Shown in pieces: positions 11,664 to 21,800 of a stretch of 60,731 bases of DNA. The notes beneath the pieces are model-generated. The model was not told the origin of the DNA. It searched no databases and saw nothing but the letters and a program-made list of their open reading frames with translations. The stretch covers positions 1 through 60,731 of the forward strand of contig JAQBVV010000002.1 of the NCBI GenBank assembly GCA_027622905.1, written 5' to 3'. This stretch comes from Acidobacteriota bacterium (GTDB lineage Bacteria > Acidobacteriota > Vicinamibacteria > Vicinamibacterales > UBA2999). A program made the translations under genes and the position numbers. Within the stretch, counting starts at the first letter, position 1; each line of letters starts with the position of its first letter.

Positions 11664-13204
11664 TCAATGGTGGAAGGAGGCTTCGAGGAGATGTCGTAGA
11701 CCACGCGGTTGATGCCCCGGACCTCGTTGACGATGCGCGACGAGATGGAGGCCAGCAGCTCGTGCGGCAATCGAACCCAATCGGCCGTCATGCCGTCGAG
11801 GCTTTCGACGGCGCGGATGGCCACCGTGTATTCATAGGTCCGGGAATCCCCCATGACACCCACGCTTTGGACGGGCAAGAGCACGGCGAAGCTCTGCCAG
11901 ATTCGTTCGTACCAGCCGCCGTGGCGAATTTCCTCAGCGACGATCTTGTCGGCGAGCCGAAGCAGGTCCAGTCGGGGGCGGGTGATGTCACCGACAATGC
12001 GCACGGCCAGGCCCGGCCCCGGGAACGGCTGCCGAACGACGAACTCCGGATCGAGACCCAGGTCTTGGCCCACGCGCCGGACTTCGTCCTTGAACAGGTC
12101 ACGGAGCGGCTCGACCAGTGTGAATCGCATCCGCTCGGGCAACCCGCCCACGTTGTGGTGGCTCTTGATCACCACCGATGGACCGAGGACGGATGCTGAT
12201 TCGATGACATCGGGATAGAGCGTTCCCTGGCCCAGAAAGTCGAAGCCGCCAAGCTCCTCGGCGCGCTTCTGAAATACGTCGATGAATGTGCCACCGATGA
12301 TCTTTCGCTTTTCCTCCGGGTCGGTGACGCCGGCGAGGCGCTCGAGAAAGAGGTCGGACGCGTCGACGAAATCCAACGGCAGCTGCATCTTGTCAGCAAA
12401 GCGTGTTCGAATCTGCCTGGCTTCTTCGTACCGGAGAAGCCCGTTGTCCACAAAGATGCACGTCAGTCGATCACCGATCGCGCGATGCATCAGCACAGCG
12501 GCGACGGTCGAGTCGACGCCACCCGACAGTCCGCATACCACCTTGCCCTCTCCGACCTGCGCGCGGATGCGCGCCGTCGCCTCGTCGATGAACGACGCGG
12601 TGGTCCAGTCGCCGGAGCATCCGCAGACGTTGAACGCGAAGTTACGCAGGATCGCCGTCCCGTGTTCGGTGTGCACGACCTCAGGATGAAACAGCAGCGC
12701 ATAGAGCGAACGGTCCGGAGCCTGCATGGCGGCGATCGGCACGGTGTCTCCCGTGGCGGCAACCGAGAATCCCGGCGGTACCGACGCGACATCGTCCCCG
12801 TGACTCGCCCAGACACGCAGCTTGCTGGGAACGTCGGTAAACAAGCGCCGTCCCTCCGCGTCATCGCCCGTGACATGGACCTGCGCATGACCAAATTCTC
12901 TGTGTCCGGACCGCCGCACGTCTCCCCCCATGACGTCGGTCATCAGCTGCATGCCGTAGCAGATGCCGAGCACCGGGGTGCCACACTCGAAGACCTGTGG
13001 ATCGCATCTGGGCGCGCCCGCGTCTGAGACGCTGAGCGGGCCGCCGGACAGGATTATGCCGCTGGGCCTCTTGGCTCGGAGGACGTCGATGGGCGTGCTG
13101 AACGGCACCACTTCCGAGTAGACGGATAACTCGCGAAGACGACGCGCGATCAGTTGCGTGTACTGCGAGCCGAAGTCAAGAACGACGATCGTCTGATGGG
13201 GCAC
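11654..13204 (-). CDS. guaA: GMP synthase (glutamine-hydrolysing)
   Basis: GATase motif [11 protein letters not shown]-PPase SGGVDSTV, canonical C-terminus PPSTIEWE. Confidence 0.95.
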   Translation of the reverse strand: MPHQTIVVLDFGSQYTQLIARRLRELSVYSEVVPFSTPIDVLRAKRPSGIILSGGPLSVSDAGAPRCDPQVFECGTPVLGICYGMQLMTDVMGGDVRRSGHREFGHAQVHVTGDDAEGRRLFTDVPSKLRVWASHGDDVASVPPGFSVAATGDTVPIAAMQAPDRSLYALLFHPEVVHTEHGTAILRNFAFNVCGCSGDWTTASFIDEATARIRAQVGEGKVVCGLSGGVDSTVAAVLMHRAIGDRLTCIFVDNGLLRYEEARQIRTRFADKMQLPLDFVDASDLFLERLAGVTDPEEKRKIIGGTFIDVFQKRAEELGGFDFLGQGTLYPDVIESASVLGPSVVIKSHHNVGGLPERMRFTLVEPLRDLFKDEVRRVGQDLGLDPEFVVRQPFPGPGLAVRIVGDITRPRLDLLRLADKIVAEEIRHGGWYERIWQSFAVLLPVQSVGVMGDSRTYEYTVAIRAVESLDGMTADWVRLPHELLASISSRIVNEVRGINRVVYDISSKPPSTIEWE

Positions 13205-13307
13205 TTATGGGGATACTCGAACAACATGGACTTACTCGAACAACTACTGTCGCACGGACGTCCTGGCCGAGCGTCGCACGTTATTATACCGAGTGCGCGT
13301 TACTCAG

Positions 13308-14594
13308 ATGGTGCGGTGTCGTGCGCTCACCGCGTGTACGACGGTCGCGCTCATGCTGATCTGGGGATCCGGCCCCGAGGCGGGACAGGGCGCACCGGTC
13401 AGCCCCGAGGCGGGACAGGGCGCAGCGGTCAGCGCGGAGCGTCGGCGGGACGCGATCGCGCGTATCTGGCGCGACGCCGAGTCCGCGCCCGTGCCTCTGC
13501 TGCCTGGTGAGGTGGCGTGGAGCCTCACGCTCCCCAACGTCCCCTCAGCCCCCGGCGCGATGGACGACGAGCGTGTCTACATACCACTGCGCCAGGATTT
13601 GCTCGTGGCGCTCCGTCGCGAGACCGGAACGGTCGCATGGGTCAGAACGATCGACATCGCCACGCCGATCGTGGTCGCAGGGCGGAAGCTGTTCGCGGTA
13701 AGCCGGGGGCGCATCCGAGCTCTCGACGCGGCGACAGGCGTGGATCTCTGGTCGGTTCCGGTCGAGGAGACGGTGTCTGCCCCTCTCGTCTGGGACAGCG
13801 GCTGGCTGATTGCCAGCACTGACGCGGGCGACGTGCTCGCCTTCAGGGCGGCGGACGGCGCACTCATCTGGCGGCGCGCGCTTGGTGCCCCATCGGTACA
13901 TCCGGCTGTCCCCGGAGGCGAGAACGCGCTCTACCTCGCGTTGTCGGATGGGCGCGTGGTGGCGCTCGGACTGGAGCGCGGCGAACTGCGCTGGGAGCAG
14001 GGGCTCCCCGGGACGATCAGTCAACCCGCCACTGGGCGCGATCGCGTGTTCGTTGGCTCGACGGACAACTTCTTCTACGCGCTCGATGCCGACAGCGGAT
14101 CACTGAGGTGGAAGTGGAGGAACGGCGGAGACGTGATCGGTGCGGCGGTCGATGGTGATGTCGTCTATCTTGCGTCGCTCGACAACGTGATTCGCGCGGT
14201 GAACCGAGGGAACGGGAATCAGCGCTGGCTGCAATCGACAGCGACCCGCCCGGTCTTGCCGCCGCGGGCCTTCAGTGGCGTGGTGGTCTTGACCGGCCTG
14301 ATGCCGGCCGTCACCGTGCTGGTCGGAGAGACTGGCGTGGTCATGGGCACGCACGCCCCGGGCAACCTGATCGGTCCGCCGCTCATCGATTCCGCGCCAC
14401 GAGCTTTCGCGGTGGCCATCGTCACGGTGACGACGGAAGGGGCGGTTCAGGCGCTACGTCCTGTCGGCGTCATGTTCCGCGAGGCCGCCACTGTTCCGCT
14501 CGCGATGCTGCCTGGCCGAGCGTTGTCCAGAGAGCGGGTCGTGCCGCCCTCTGTGGACGCGCGCGGACCGCTGGAGGGGCCGGCTGGCCCGTAA
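13308..14594 (+). CDS. PQQ-like beta-propeller repeat protein (BamB-like), secreted
   Basis: Signal-like N-terminus (ACTTVALMLIWGSG). Repeated propeller blades with W/LW motifs (G..LW, ..G.LRWKW) resembling BamB/PQQ repeats. Start chosen at the ATG at 13308; the tracked ORF starts at the GTG at 13293. Confidence 0.7.
   Translation: MVRCRALTACTTVALMLIWGSGPEAGQGAPVSPEAGQGAAVSAERRRDAIARIWRDAESAPVPLLPGEVAWSLTLPNVPSAPGAMDDERVYIPLRQDLLVALRRETGTVAWVRTIDIATPIVVAGRKLFAVSRGRIRALDAATGVDLWSVPVEETVSAPLVWDSGWLIASTDAGDVLAFRAADGALIWRRALGAPSVHPAVPGGENALYLALSDGRVVALGLERGELRWEQGLPGTISQPATGRDRVFVGSTDNFFYALDADSGSLRWKWRNGGDVIGAAVDGDVVYLASLDNVIRAVNRGNGNQRWLQSTATRPVLPPRAFSGVVVLTGLMPAVTVLVGETGVVMGTHAPGNLIGPPLIDSAPRAFAVAIVTVTTEGAVQALRPVGVMFREAATVPLAMLPGRALSRERVVPPSVDARGPLEGPAGP
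13374..13433 (+). repeat. Perfect-frame 30-bp tandem duplication (2 units, 29/30 identical) inside the BamB-like gene
   Basis: CCCGAGGCGGGACAGGGCGCACCGGTCAGC is directly followed by CCCGAGGCGGGACAGGGCGCAGCGGTCAGC. It encodes PEAGQGAPVS/PEAGQGAAVS just after the signal sequence. Confidence 0.9.
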
Positions 14595-14615
14595 TCCGGG
14601 CAGCACAACCTCAGG

Positions 14616-15845
14616 TCAGGCGGACGCAGCTGCCGCGCCGCCCATCGCGTCGGCGAGCCGTCGCACGCCCTCTTCGATGTGGTTCTCGGCGCAGGCGGAG
14701 AACGAGAGCCGAACCTGATTGTGGCCGGCACCGTTCACGTAGAATGCGCTCCCGACCACGAGCACGAGACGTCGTTCGAGCGCGCACGAGAGCAGCGCGA
14801 GGTCGTTGGTGCCCTCAGGTAGCGCGACCCACAGAAAGAAGCCCCCTCCAGGCGTCGACCATCGCAGGCCCGATCCGATGATCGTGCGGAGGGCGCTTTC
14901 CATGATGTCCCGCTTGTGCTGATAGTGCTGACGGAGCGCGGGCGCGATCTGCTCAAGCGTGCCTCGGCGCACCAGTTCGTGCACGAGGTGCTGGTCCAGG
15001 CTCCCCGTCATCAAATCGGCAGCCTGCTTGGCCGTCTCGAATCGGTCGGCAAGCATCGTGGGTGCGACCATCCAGCCCACCCGAAATCCCGGCGCCAGCG
15101 TTTTCGAGAAGCTGCTCAGATAAATGACCCGGTCGCCGTCGTCGAATGATCTGATCGGGCGTGTGTCCTCCTCGCCGGCGACGTCATCGAAGTACAGCGC
15201 CCCGTACGGATCATCCTCGATGATCAGGATGTCGCGACGGCGGGCCCACTCGATGAGGCGCGGTCGCTTCGCTCGGTCAAGCAGTACGCCACTCGGGTTC
15301 TGGAAGTTGGGCACCAGGTACAGCAGCTTGACGCGGCGGCCGGCGCGGCGATGCCGTAAGCAGACCTCATCCAGATCGTCGAGATTGATGCCGTCGTGGT
15401 CCTGCGCCACGCCGGCAAGACGTGCCTGGGCGTTGGTGAACGCCGAGATCGCCCCGGTGTAGGCCGGCAACTCAACCAGCACGACGTCACCGGGTGTCAC
15501 GAGCACCCGCGCGACGAGGTCAAGACCCTGCTGGGAACCGGAGGTGATCAGGAGTTCGTCCTGGCTGGCCGTGATCCCGCGGCCCGTCAGCAGTTGGCCG
15601 ATCGACTCAAGCAGCGGCCGATGGCCGCGCGTCGGGCCGTACTGCAGCACACGACCGTCGGTCTGCGCGAGCAGTTCTCGCATCACGTCTCGGATCGCGT
15701 CCCACGGAAACGCGTTCGGGTCGGGGTACCCCGCTGCGAACGAGACCATATCGGCGTTACTGGCGATGACGGTTCCCATCTGTCTGATCGCCGATTCACG
15801 CAGCAACCGCCCGGTCGGAGAAAGGAACTCGTCGAAGTTGGTCAT
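14616..15845 (-). CDS. PLP-dependent aminotransferase, class I/II (2-aminoadipate/aromatic transaminase-like)
   Basis: Start set at MTNFDEFLSP, with its ATG overlapping the TGA of the upstream membrane-protein gene. PLP-Lys region SFSKTLAPGFRVGW. The tracked 674-aa ORF's N-terminal 265 aa overlap the upstream gene and look like a GC artefact. Confidence 0.85.
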   Translation of the reverse strand: MTNFDEFLSPTGRLLRESAIRQMGTVIASNADMVSFAAGYPDPNAFPWDAIRDVMRELLAQTDGRVLQYGPTRGHRPLLESIGQLLTGRGITASQDELLITSGSQQGLDLVARVLVTPGDVVLVELPAYTGAISAFTNAQARLAGVAQDHDGINLDDLDEVCLRHRRAGRRVKLLYLVPNFQNPSGVLLDRAKRPRLIEWARRRDILIIEDDPYGALYFDDVAGEEDTRPIRSFDDGDRVIYLSSFSKTLAPGFRVGWMVAPTMLADRFETAKQAADLMTGSLDQHLVHELVRRGTLEQIAPALRQHYQHKRDIMESALRTIIGSGLRWSTPGGGFFLWVALPEGTNDLALLSCALERRLVLVVGSAFYVNGAGHNQVRLSFSACAENHIEEGVRRLADAMGGAAAASA

Positions 15846-16831
15846 GACTCGATGGACATTCGGCCGTACATAGACCCGACGGATTCGTCCCGACGCCGGT
15901 CCGCGAACGTCCGGTAGAGCGCGAGGTACGCGCCAACGGATGTCAGACCGAGATACTGAAACACGAGTCCTCGGAGCAGCCACGCGAGGACCTGGAGCGG
16001 CAACGCCGCCAGGCCGACGAACGGGATGAACGTCATAAGGCCGAGCGCAGCGGTCGCGAGGATTGACGCGCCGGTCGCGAGCACGACGAGGCCAAACACC
16101 AGGAAAAACACGGAACCGATGGGCGCCGCCTCGCGGCGCAGGAATGTCGCGACGCGGACGGCTGCGGTCAGGACGCTGCAGTCGTCGGCAGCGATCACGA
16201 TCTGCACGAGCAGATACAGCAGATTGATGCCAGTCACCCACACGACACAGGCGGCTGCGAGCAGCACCGTGAGTCCCCAGCCCTCCGATGGACCACGTTG
16301 AGTGGCGAGCAGCAGAAGGCTGAGCCCGGACATGGTGTAGACCCCGATGAGTATCAGGCAGAGCCGCGCGTATCGGGGGAACAGCGAACGGGATGACGTG
16401 AGATAGCCGTCGATCGAGAACCGCGATGCGCGCGCGACAGCTGGCAGTCTGAGCGGAGGTTCCTCCACTGGACCGGCATCCCGATGGCTCCGCACCAGCG
16501 TCGCCACCGTGCCTGCCCTGACGAGCACGACGAACAGCGATCCACCGACAAGCACGACCGCCATGGCAAGGCCACAGGCCACCACGACCCGTGGGTGGGA
16601 CATCAGTGACGAGGTGATGGCATCGGCGAACTCCGGCCACTCCAGTGAGATGAGCGTTGCGGGGTCACGTCCGACCGCAAGCGCCACCAGGAAAAGACCT
16701 CCGACCACGGGAGTGACGAGCAGCAACCTGAACAGTGCTCCGGCCGAGGCCTGGATGAGGGTCACCTGCCAGTTCGCAGCGGCGATCAGCGCCCCGCGCT
16801 TGACGGCGGCCTTCAGAGGGTGGGGTGACAT
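15842..16831 (-). CDS. Polytopic membrane protein of unknown function
   Basis: At least 6 hydrophobic segments, no recognisable motif. Start chosen at MSPHPLKAAVKRG; the ORF is open up to 16984. Confidence 0.5.
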   Translation of the reverse strand: MSPHPLKAAVKRGALIAAANWQVTLIQASAGALFRLLLVTPVVGGLFLVALAVGRDPATLISLEWPEFADAITSSLMSHPRVVVACGLAMAVVLVGGSLFVVLVRAGTVATLVRSHRDAGPVEEPPLRLPAVARASRFSIDGYLTSSRSLFPRYARLCLILIGVYTMSGLSLLLLATQRGPSEGWGLTVLLAAACVVWVTGINLLYLLVQIVIAADDCSVLTAAVRVATFLRREAAPIGSVFFLVFGLVVLATGASILATAALGLMTFIPFVGLAALPLQVLAWLLRGLVFQYLGLTSVGAYLALYRTFADRRRDESVGSMYGRMSIES

Positions 16832-17000
16832 AGCGGGCACAAAATACCAGGGAAAGTCTAGCAGTCCGCATGGACGTTCCGCCGCGGGCAGGGCGCGCGG
16901 GTGCTCGCGATGCGCCGGTGTCTCCATGACGGGATGTCGCTCCGTGCGGTCCGTCGGGGGCGATGCCGGGCGAGCCCGAGCCACGACCTACAATGATCTC

Positions 17001-20000
17001 GTGCTTCTTCCGGACCGCTCCGCGCCGGTGTCGCCGTTTCCTTGGGGCCGATTCGCCAGGATTGCGGCCGCGGGTGTGGGCTGCGCGCTCGCGATGCTAT
17101 TACTTGGCTCGTTGGCCGAGCGACTTGCGTTCGGGCCGGACGATGCGTCTGCGCACGCCCGGACCGAAGGTGAAGTCCGGTCCTCCTTCGACGAGATGGC
17201 GCGAGCCCTGCGTCTGATGGCGGCCGGGATGGCCGATGCGGATGTGGTCGTTGCGGCGGCCCAGGATGACGTGACGGCGGCAAGCCGACTCTTCGTCGCG
17301 GCAACCGCGGCGATCGCGCAGGGTAACGCCGACTTCGCCGTCACCGCGTACGACGCGAATGGCGAACCCGTCGCGTGGGATGGTCGGCCGTCCGAACTCC
17401 CGCGCGAGCGCGTGCTGGGTGACGAGGCGTGGTTCTTCACGCAGGGAGCGCTCGGGTTACGTCTGGTCTACGTCACCCCGGTGATCGCGGCGGACGGTCG
17501 ACGCGTTGGCGCGGTCGCCGCGGAGCGGTCGATCGGTCTCAGCGCAGCCTCCGAAGGCGGGAATGGCGCGGACCCTTTTCGGTATTCCAGCCCGACGGCG
17601 TCGATTGTCATCGATCTGAGCTTTGAGGCTGGCCGGACGGTTCCGGACCCGGCGGCGTTCGAGGTGCTGGACCCGTCTGGCGCCCGTCTGTTCACGGCGT
17701 CAGTCGATGCCTTGGATCTTGAACGCACCCGCGATCGGTGGCAGCGTGCCTCGCGATCGGGGGCGTTGCTGGCACTCGCGCTGGCGTTGGTGTGGCTCTG
17801 CGCTGCGCTGCTGGACTGGCGGAACACCCGTTCGACCAGCGCGAGCTACTGTGCCTCCGTTGCGCTGGTCGCGATGGCGGTCGCCGTCATCCGGCTGTTG
17901 CTCGGACTCGCCCAACCAGCGGAGTGGCTGGACGTTCCGACATTCTCGGGGTCGGAGTACTCGTCGTCGCTGCTCAACCCGTTGCTGACGTCGCCGTTCG
18001 ACTTTCTCGCGACCGCCCTTGCCGTCGGCGCGCTCGTGGCGCTGCTGCTGTACGCCTGCGAGTCGTGGCGCCTGAGGTACCGGCAGCGTCGTGCCCGGGT
18101 CGACAGTGTTCGGTCGCTGATCTCGTTTGCGGCGCGCCAGCTCGCTGCCGGCGCGGGTGTCGCAGCGATTGTCTGGGGCCATCAACGGCTCGTGGGAGAT
18201 ACCGTCGCCAATGCGACGCTCGACCTGCTGCACTTTTCCCTCCATCCGTGGAGTGCATCCCGACTGGCGCTGCAAGTTGGGTTGCTCGTCTTCCACGCGT
18301 CGGCGTTAGGCGGCGGTGTGCTGCTGCTGCGCGCGGCCCTCGTGAGCTGGATCGTGCCTCGGCGCGCGACGGGACTTCGTATCGGAACGGTCGGCCTGTG
18401 GCTGCTCCCACTCGTGCTGGTGCAGTTGGTCGTTGGCGCCCCCACGGTCTGGATTCCGATGCTGGTGAGCGTTGCGGTGATGGCCGCGCTGGCCGATTCG
18501 GCCACACGACTCGCTGCACGGTATCGCCACGGCTCGCAGGCGTATCGCTTGACGCTCCTTGCGCTCGGCCTGGTCGTACCAGCCGTCGCGTTCTATCCGT
18601 CAGTGTTTCAGATCGGACGGGAAGCAAAGTCGCAGCTTGTCGAGACGCGCTATGCTCCCCAGGCTGTGACGCAGCGGCAGACGATCCAATTGCTGCTGCA
18701 GGACGCACTGGCGCAGATCGACCAGTTTCCAGGGCTGTCGGAGCTGGCAACGACGCCACCGCTGTCGGCTGACGGCGAGTCCTCGACCGACCGCGCCTAT
18801 CAAGTCTGGCGACTCACGGACCTCGCCGAGTATCCCGTCACGTCGTCAGTGGAACTACATGGCATCGACGGTCTCCTCGTGAGCCGTTTCGCATTTAATC
18901 TCCCGGATGATTTGACGGCGGTCCCTCGATCCGACGAGCAGTCATGTGACTGGGGCGTGTACGAGGAGGTCTCGCCATTCTTCGCCGAGGATCGTCGGAT
19001 CCTGCACGCGGGCCGGGCGATCTGTGACGACGACGGTCAGCCGGCCGGCTCGGTCGTCGTGCATGCCATTCTGGATTACGCCAATCTGCCCTTTATCCAG
19101 TCGCAGAATCCGTACGTCGAACTGATGCGACCGATGAATCCGATGCGCGGTGAGGGAATCGCGGGCCGGGACGTCGAGTTTGCGTTCTACGGTTGGAGTC
19201 GTACGCCGCTGTATGCCTCCGGTCCAACAGCCTGGACGCTGGACGACGCGGTGTTCGCACAGGTCGAGCAGGCACGTGCACCGATCTGGACCCGACTGCA
19301 GCGGGGCGACACGCACTACGACGCGTACCTCCTCAACGACCGAGGCGGCATCTATGCCCTCGGGTTCCCCGTTGCGTCACCGCTTGCGCATTTCGTGAAT
19401 CTGGCAGAGCTCACCATGCTCGCGTGGGGCACCTACCTCGCGTTGCTGGCCGCGACGGCCGGCTTCGCTTGGGTGACTCGACGCGGCACGACCGGCCGCG
19501 CGTTGCTTCGCGAGATTCGCGCCAGTTTCTATCGGAAGCTGCTCCTGGCCTTCATCGCCGCCACCGTCGTGCCGGTCGCCGCGCTGGCGGTCGCCACGCG
19601 CACATACGTCGCGGACGTGATGCGTGCCAACGTCGAGCAGGAGGCGATTCGGACGGCCGGGGCGGCACGCCGGGTGGTCGAAGATTTCGTGGCGCCACGT
19701 GCGGCGCAGCAGGGAGCCAACGTTGATGACAACCTGATGGTGTGGGTCAGTCGACTGATCGATCAGGATGTCAACTTGTTCAGTGGCGCTCACCTGCTGG
19801 CGACGAGTGAGCGCAACCTGTTTGCATCCGGCCTGCTTCCGACTCGGACGCCGGCCGACGTATACCGCGCGCTTGACCTGCGGAACGAAGCGACGACGGT
19901 CGTACGCGAGGAGATCGGCGCCCTGAGCTATCTGGTGGCTGGCACGGCGGTCGCGACGCAGCAGCTCGATGCCGTGCTGACGGTGCCGCTGACCTCGCGG

Positions 20001-20972
20001 GAACTCGAGATCGAGGCTCAGATCGACGCACTTGACCGTCAGGTGCTGCTTGGCGCGCTGTGCTTCATGTTCGGCGGTGCCGCCATCGGGTACTGGCTCG
20101 CCGAACGTATCGCCGATCCGGTCAATCGCCTCACCCGTGCGACTCGGAGGTTGGCCAGGGGCGACCTCGACGTGCGGATTGCGGCCACGTCGTCCGATGA
20201 GCTGCAGCGTCTGGTGCAGGACTTCAATCGAATGGCCGGAGAGCTCCAGCACCAGCGGAGGGAACTCGAGCGCACCCACCGGCTTGAAGCCTGGGCAGAA
20301 ATGGCGCGCCAGGTCGCACACGAGATCAAGAACCCGCTCACGCCGATTCAACTCAATGCCGAGCACCTGCGACGTGTCCACGCGGATCGTGGCGAGCCGC
20401 TCAGCCCGGTGCTCGAAGAATGCATCGGCACCATCCTGACGCAGGTGACCTTGCTTCGGCAGATTGCGTCGGAGTTCTCGAGTTTCGCGTCGTCACCGGC
20501 GGTCCTGCCCGTGACGGTGGAACTGCCTGCGCTGCTGCACGAGGCGATCGACCCCTACCGTGCTCCGCTCGACGGGCGCATTCGATTCGACCTTGATGTG
20601 CCAGGACGCCTCCCCCCGGTGCACGTCGATCGTATCCTGTTGTTGCGCTCGCTGACGAACATTGTCGAGAACGCGCTGCACGCCATGCCCGGCCCCGGTG
20701 TACTGACCGTTCGCGCGTGGTCAGAGGCGTCGCGCGTGTGCCTTCGCGTCTCGGACACCGGGATGGGGATGGATGCCGAAGCACTCGCGCGAGTCTTCGA
20801 GCCGTATTTCTCCACCAAGACAAGTGGAACCGGCCTCGGGTTGCCCATCGCGAAGCGAAACATCGAACTGAACAAGGGCACGATCGCGGTGACCAGCGTG
20901 CGCGATCGTGGCACCACCGTGGAGATCACGCTGCCCGTAGCGGCGGGTCAGACGGCAGGCCTACAGACCTGA
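17001..20972 (+). CDS. Large multi-TM sensor histidine kinase (NtrY-like: HAMP-HisKA-HATPase)
   Basis: HAMP (RLTRATRRLARGDLDVRI...DELQRLVQDFNRM), H-box VAHEIKNPLTPI, N-box NIVENALHAM, G-boxes DTGMGMD and GTGLGLPI. A GTG start at 17001 is proposed because the upstream part of the 1487-aa ORF overlaps the antisense membrane-protein gene. Confidence 0.8.
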   Translation: MLLPDRSAPVSPFPWGRFARIAAAGVGCALAMLLLGSLAERLAFGPDDASAHARTEGEVRSSFDEMARALRLMAAGMADADVVVAAAQDDVTAASRLFVAATAAIAQGNADFAVTAYDANGEPVAWDGRPSELPRERVLGDEAWFFTQGALGLRLVYVTPVIAADGRRVGAVAAERSIGLSAASEGGNGADPFRYSSPTASIVIDLSFEAGRTVPDPAAFEVLDPSGARLFTASVDALDLERTRDRWQRASRSGALLALALALVWLCAALLDWRNTRSTSASYCASVALVAMAVAVIRLLLGLAQPAEWLDVPTFSGSEYSSSLLNPLLTSPFDFLATALAVGALVALLLYACESWRLRYRQRRARVDSVRSLISFAARQLAAGAGVAAIVWGHQRLVGDTVANATLDLLHFSLHPWSASRLALQVGLLVFHASALGGGVLLLRAALVSWIVPRRATGLRIGTVGLWLLPLVLVQLVVGAPTVWIPMLVSVAVMAALADSATRLAARYRHGSQAYRLTLLALGLVVPAVAFYPSVFQIGREAKSQLVETRYAPQAVTQRQTIQLLLQDALAQIDQFPGLSELATTPPLSADGESSTDRAYQVWRLTDLAEYPVTSSVELHGIDGLLVSRFAFNLPDDLTAVPRSDEQSCDWGVYEEVSPFFAEDRRILHAGRAICDDDGQPAGSVVVHAILDYANLPFIQSQNPYVELMRPMNPMRGEGIAGRDVEFAFYGWSRTPLYASGPTAWTLDDAVFAQVEQARAPIWTRLQRGDTHYDAYLLNDRGGIYALGFPVASPLAHFVNLAELTMLAWGTYLALLAATAGFAWVTRRGTTGRALLREIRASFYRKLLLAFIAATVVPVAALAVATRTYVADVMRANVEQEAIRTAGAARRVVEDFVAPRAAQQGANVDDNLMVWVSRLIDQDVNLFSGAHLLATSERNLFASGLLPTRTPADVYRALDLRNEATTVVREEIGALSYLVAGTAVATQQLDAVLTVPLTSRELEIEAQIDALDRQVLLGALCFMFGGAAIGYWLAERIADPVNRLTRATRRLARGDLDVRIAATSSDELQRLVQDFNRMAGELQHQRRELERTHRLEAWAEMARQVAHEIKNPLTPIQLNAEHLRRVHADRGEPLSPVLEECIGTILTQVTLLRQIASEFSSFASSPAVLPVTVELPALLHEAIDPYRAPLDGRIRFDLDVPGRLPPVHVDRILLLRSLTNIVENALHAMPGPGVLTVRAWSEASRVCLRVSDTGMGMDAEALARVFEPYFSTKTSGTGLGLPIAKRNIELNKGTIAVTSVRDRGTTVEITLPVAAGQTAGLQT

Positions 20973-21800
20973 GACCGTGTCCTGAGCGATGGCGTTATCC
21001 TCGTGTATGTCTGGGTCCGGTCGCCGTCGTAGTCGGTGCCACGCGGATTCGGCGAGGGTCGCGACCAGGTAGCCGTACGCGACCACGACGAGCACCAGTT
21101 CTGGCTGGGCCGCAAGCGAGGCAAGTCCCAGTGCCACCAGTAACAGGACCGGATACTTGTGACGGGCCCGCAGGTCGAGATTCTTGAAGCTTCGAAACCG
21201 CATCGTACTCACCATCAGGAGCCCCGGCACGACAATCATCGCGAGGACTGGCAGCGCCTCGACGTAGGTCTGAGCGCCGGACGGGTACGCAAAGACCGTC
21301 GCCGCCAGTACGCCTGCTGCGGCAGGGCTCGGCATGCCGACGAAATAGCGTTTGTCGTGGGAGCTGCTCTGGATATTGAATCGCGCCAGGCGCACGGCGG
21401 CTGCCGCAAGAAAGAGAAACCCCGCCGCCCACCCAAGCCGCCCCAGCGGCTGCAGGCCCCATGCGAACGTCAGAATCGCCGGCGCCATGCCGAACGAGAT
21501 GATGTCGGCCAGCGAGTCGAACTCGACCCCGAACGCGCTGGTGGTGCCCGTCATGCGGGCGATGCGGCCATCAAGCATGTCAACGACCACCGCGAAACCG
21601 ATGAACGGTGCCGCGGTGACGAATTCGCCTCGCATGGCGTACACGATGCAGGCGTAGCCGCAGAACATGTTCCCCATCGTGAACATGCTCGGGAGCAGGT
21701 ACACGCCACGCCGAAATCGGCGGCGCTGCACGTCGGTGCTGCGCCGACGCGGCCTGAGCATGCGGAGACGGGAACGCTCGCGAGTCATCTCAGGGTCCAT
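20961..21800 (-). CDS. pssA: CDP-diacylglycerol--serine O-phosphatidyltransferase
   Basis: CDP-alcohol phosphatidyltransferase motif DMLDGRIARMTGTTSAFGVEFDSLAD, polytopic, immediately downstream of psd. Confidence 0.85.
   Translation of the reverse strand: MDPEMTRERSRLRMLRPRRRSTDVQRRRFRRGVYLLPSMFTMGNMFCGYACIVYAMRGEFVTAAPFIGFAVVVDMLDGRIARMTGTTSAFGVEFDSLADIISFGMAPAILTFAWGLQPLGRLGWAAGFLFLAAAAVRLARFNIQSSSHDKRYFVGMPSPAAAGVLAATVFAYPSGAQTYVEALPVLAMIVVPGLLMVSTMRFRSFKNLDLRARHKYPVLLLVALGLASLAAQPELVLVVVAYGYLVATLAESAWHRLRRRPDPDIHEDNAIAQDTVSGL

Noticed and set aside
13374-13433. Direct 30-bp repeats as a mini CRISPR array.
   Set aside because: Only two units, directly adjacent without spacers, in frame inside a coding sequence. 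There are no cas genes in the window.
15846-16640. N-terminal 265-aa extension of the 674-aa ORF (aminotransferase frame), and the first 164 codons (16509-17000) of the 1487-aa kinase ORF.
   Set aside because: The extensions overlap the well-formed polytopic membrane-protein gene on the other frame or strand and are Arg/Pro/Ala-rich. Sensible starts with start/stop coupling (15845) or a plausible GTG (17001) exist.
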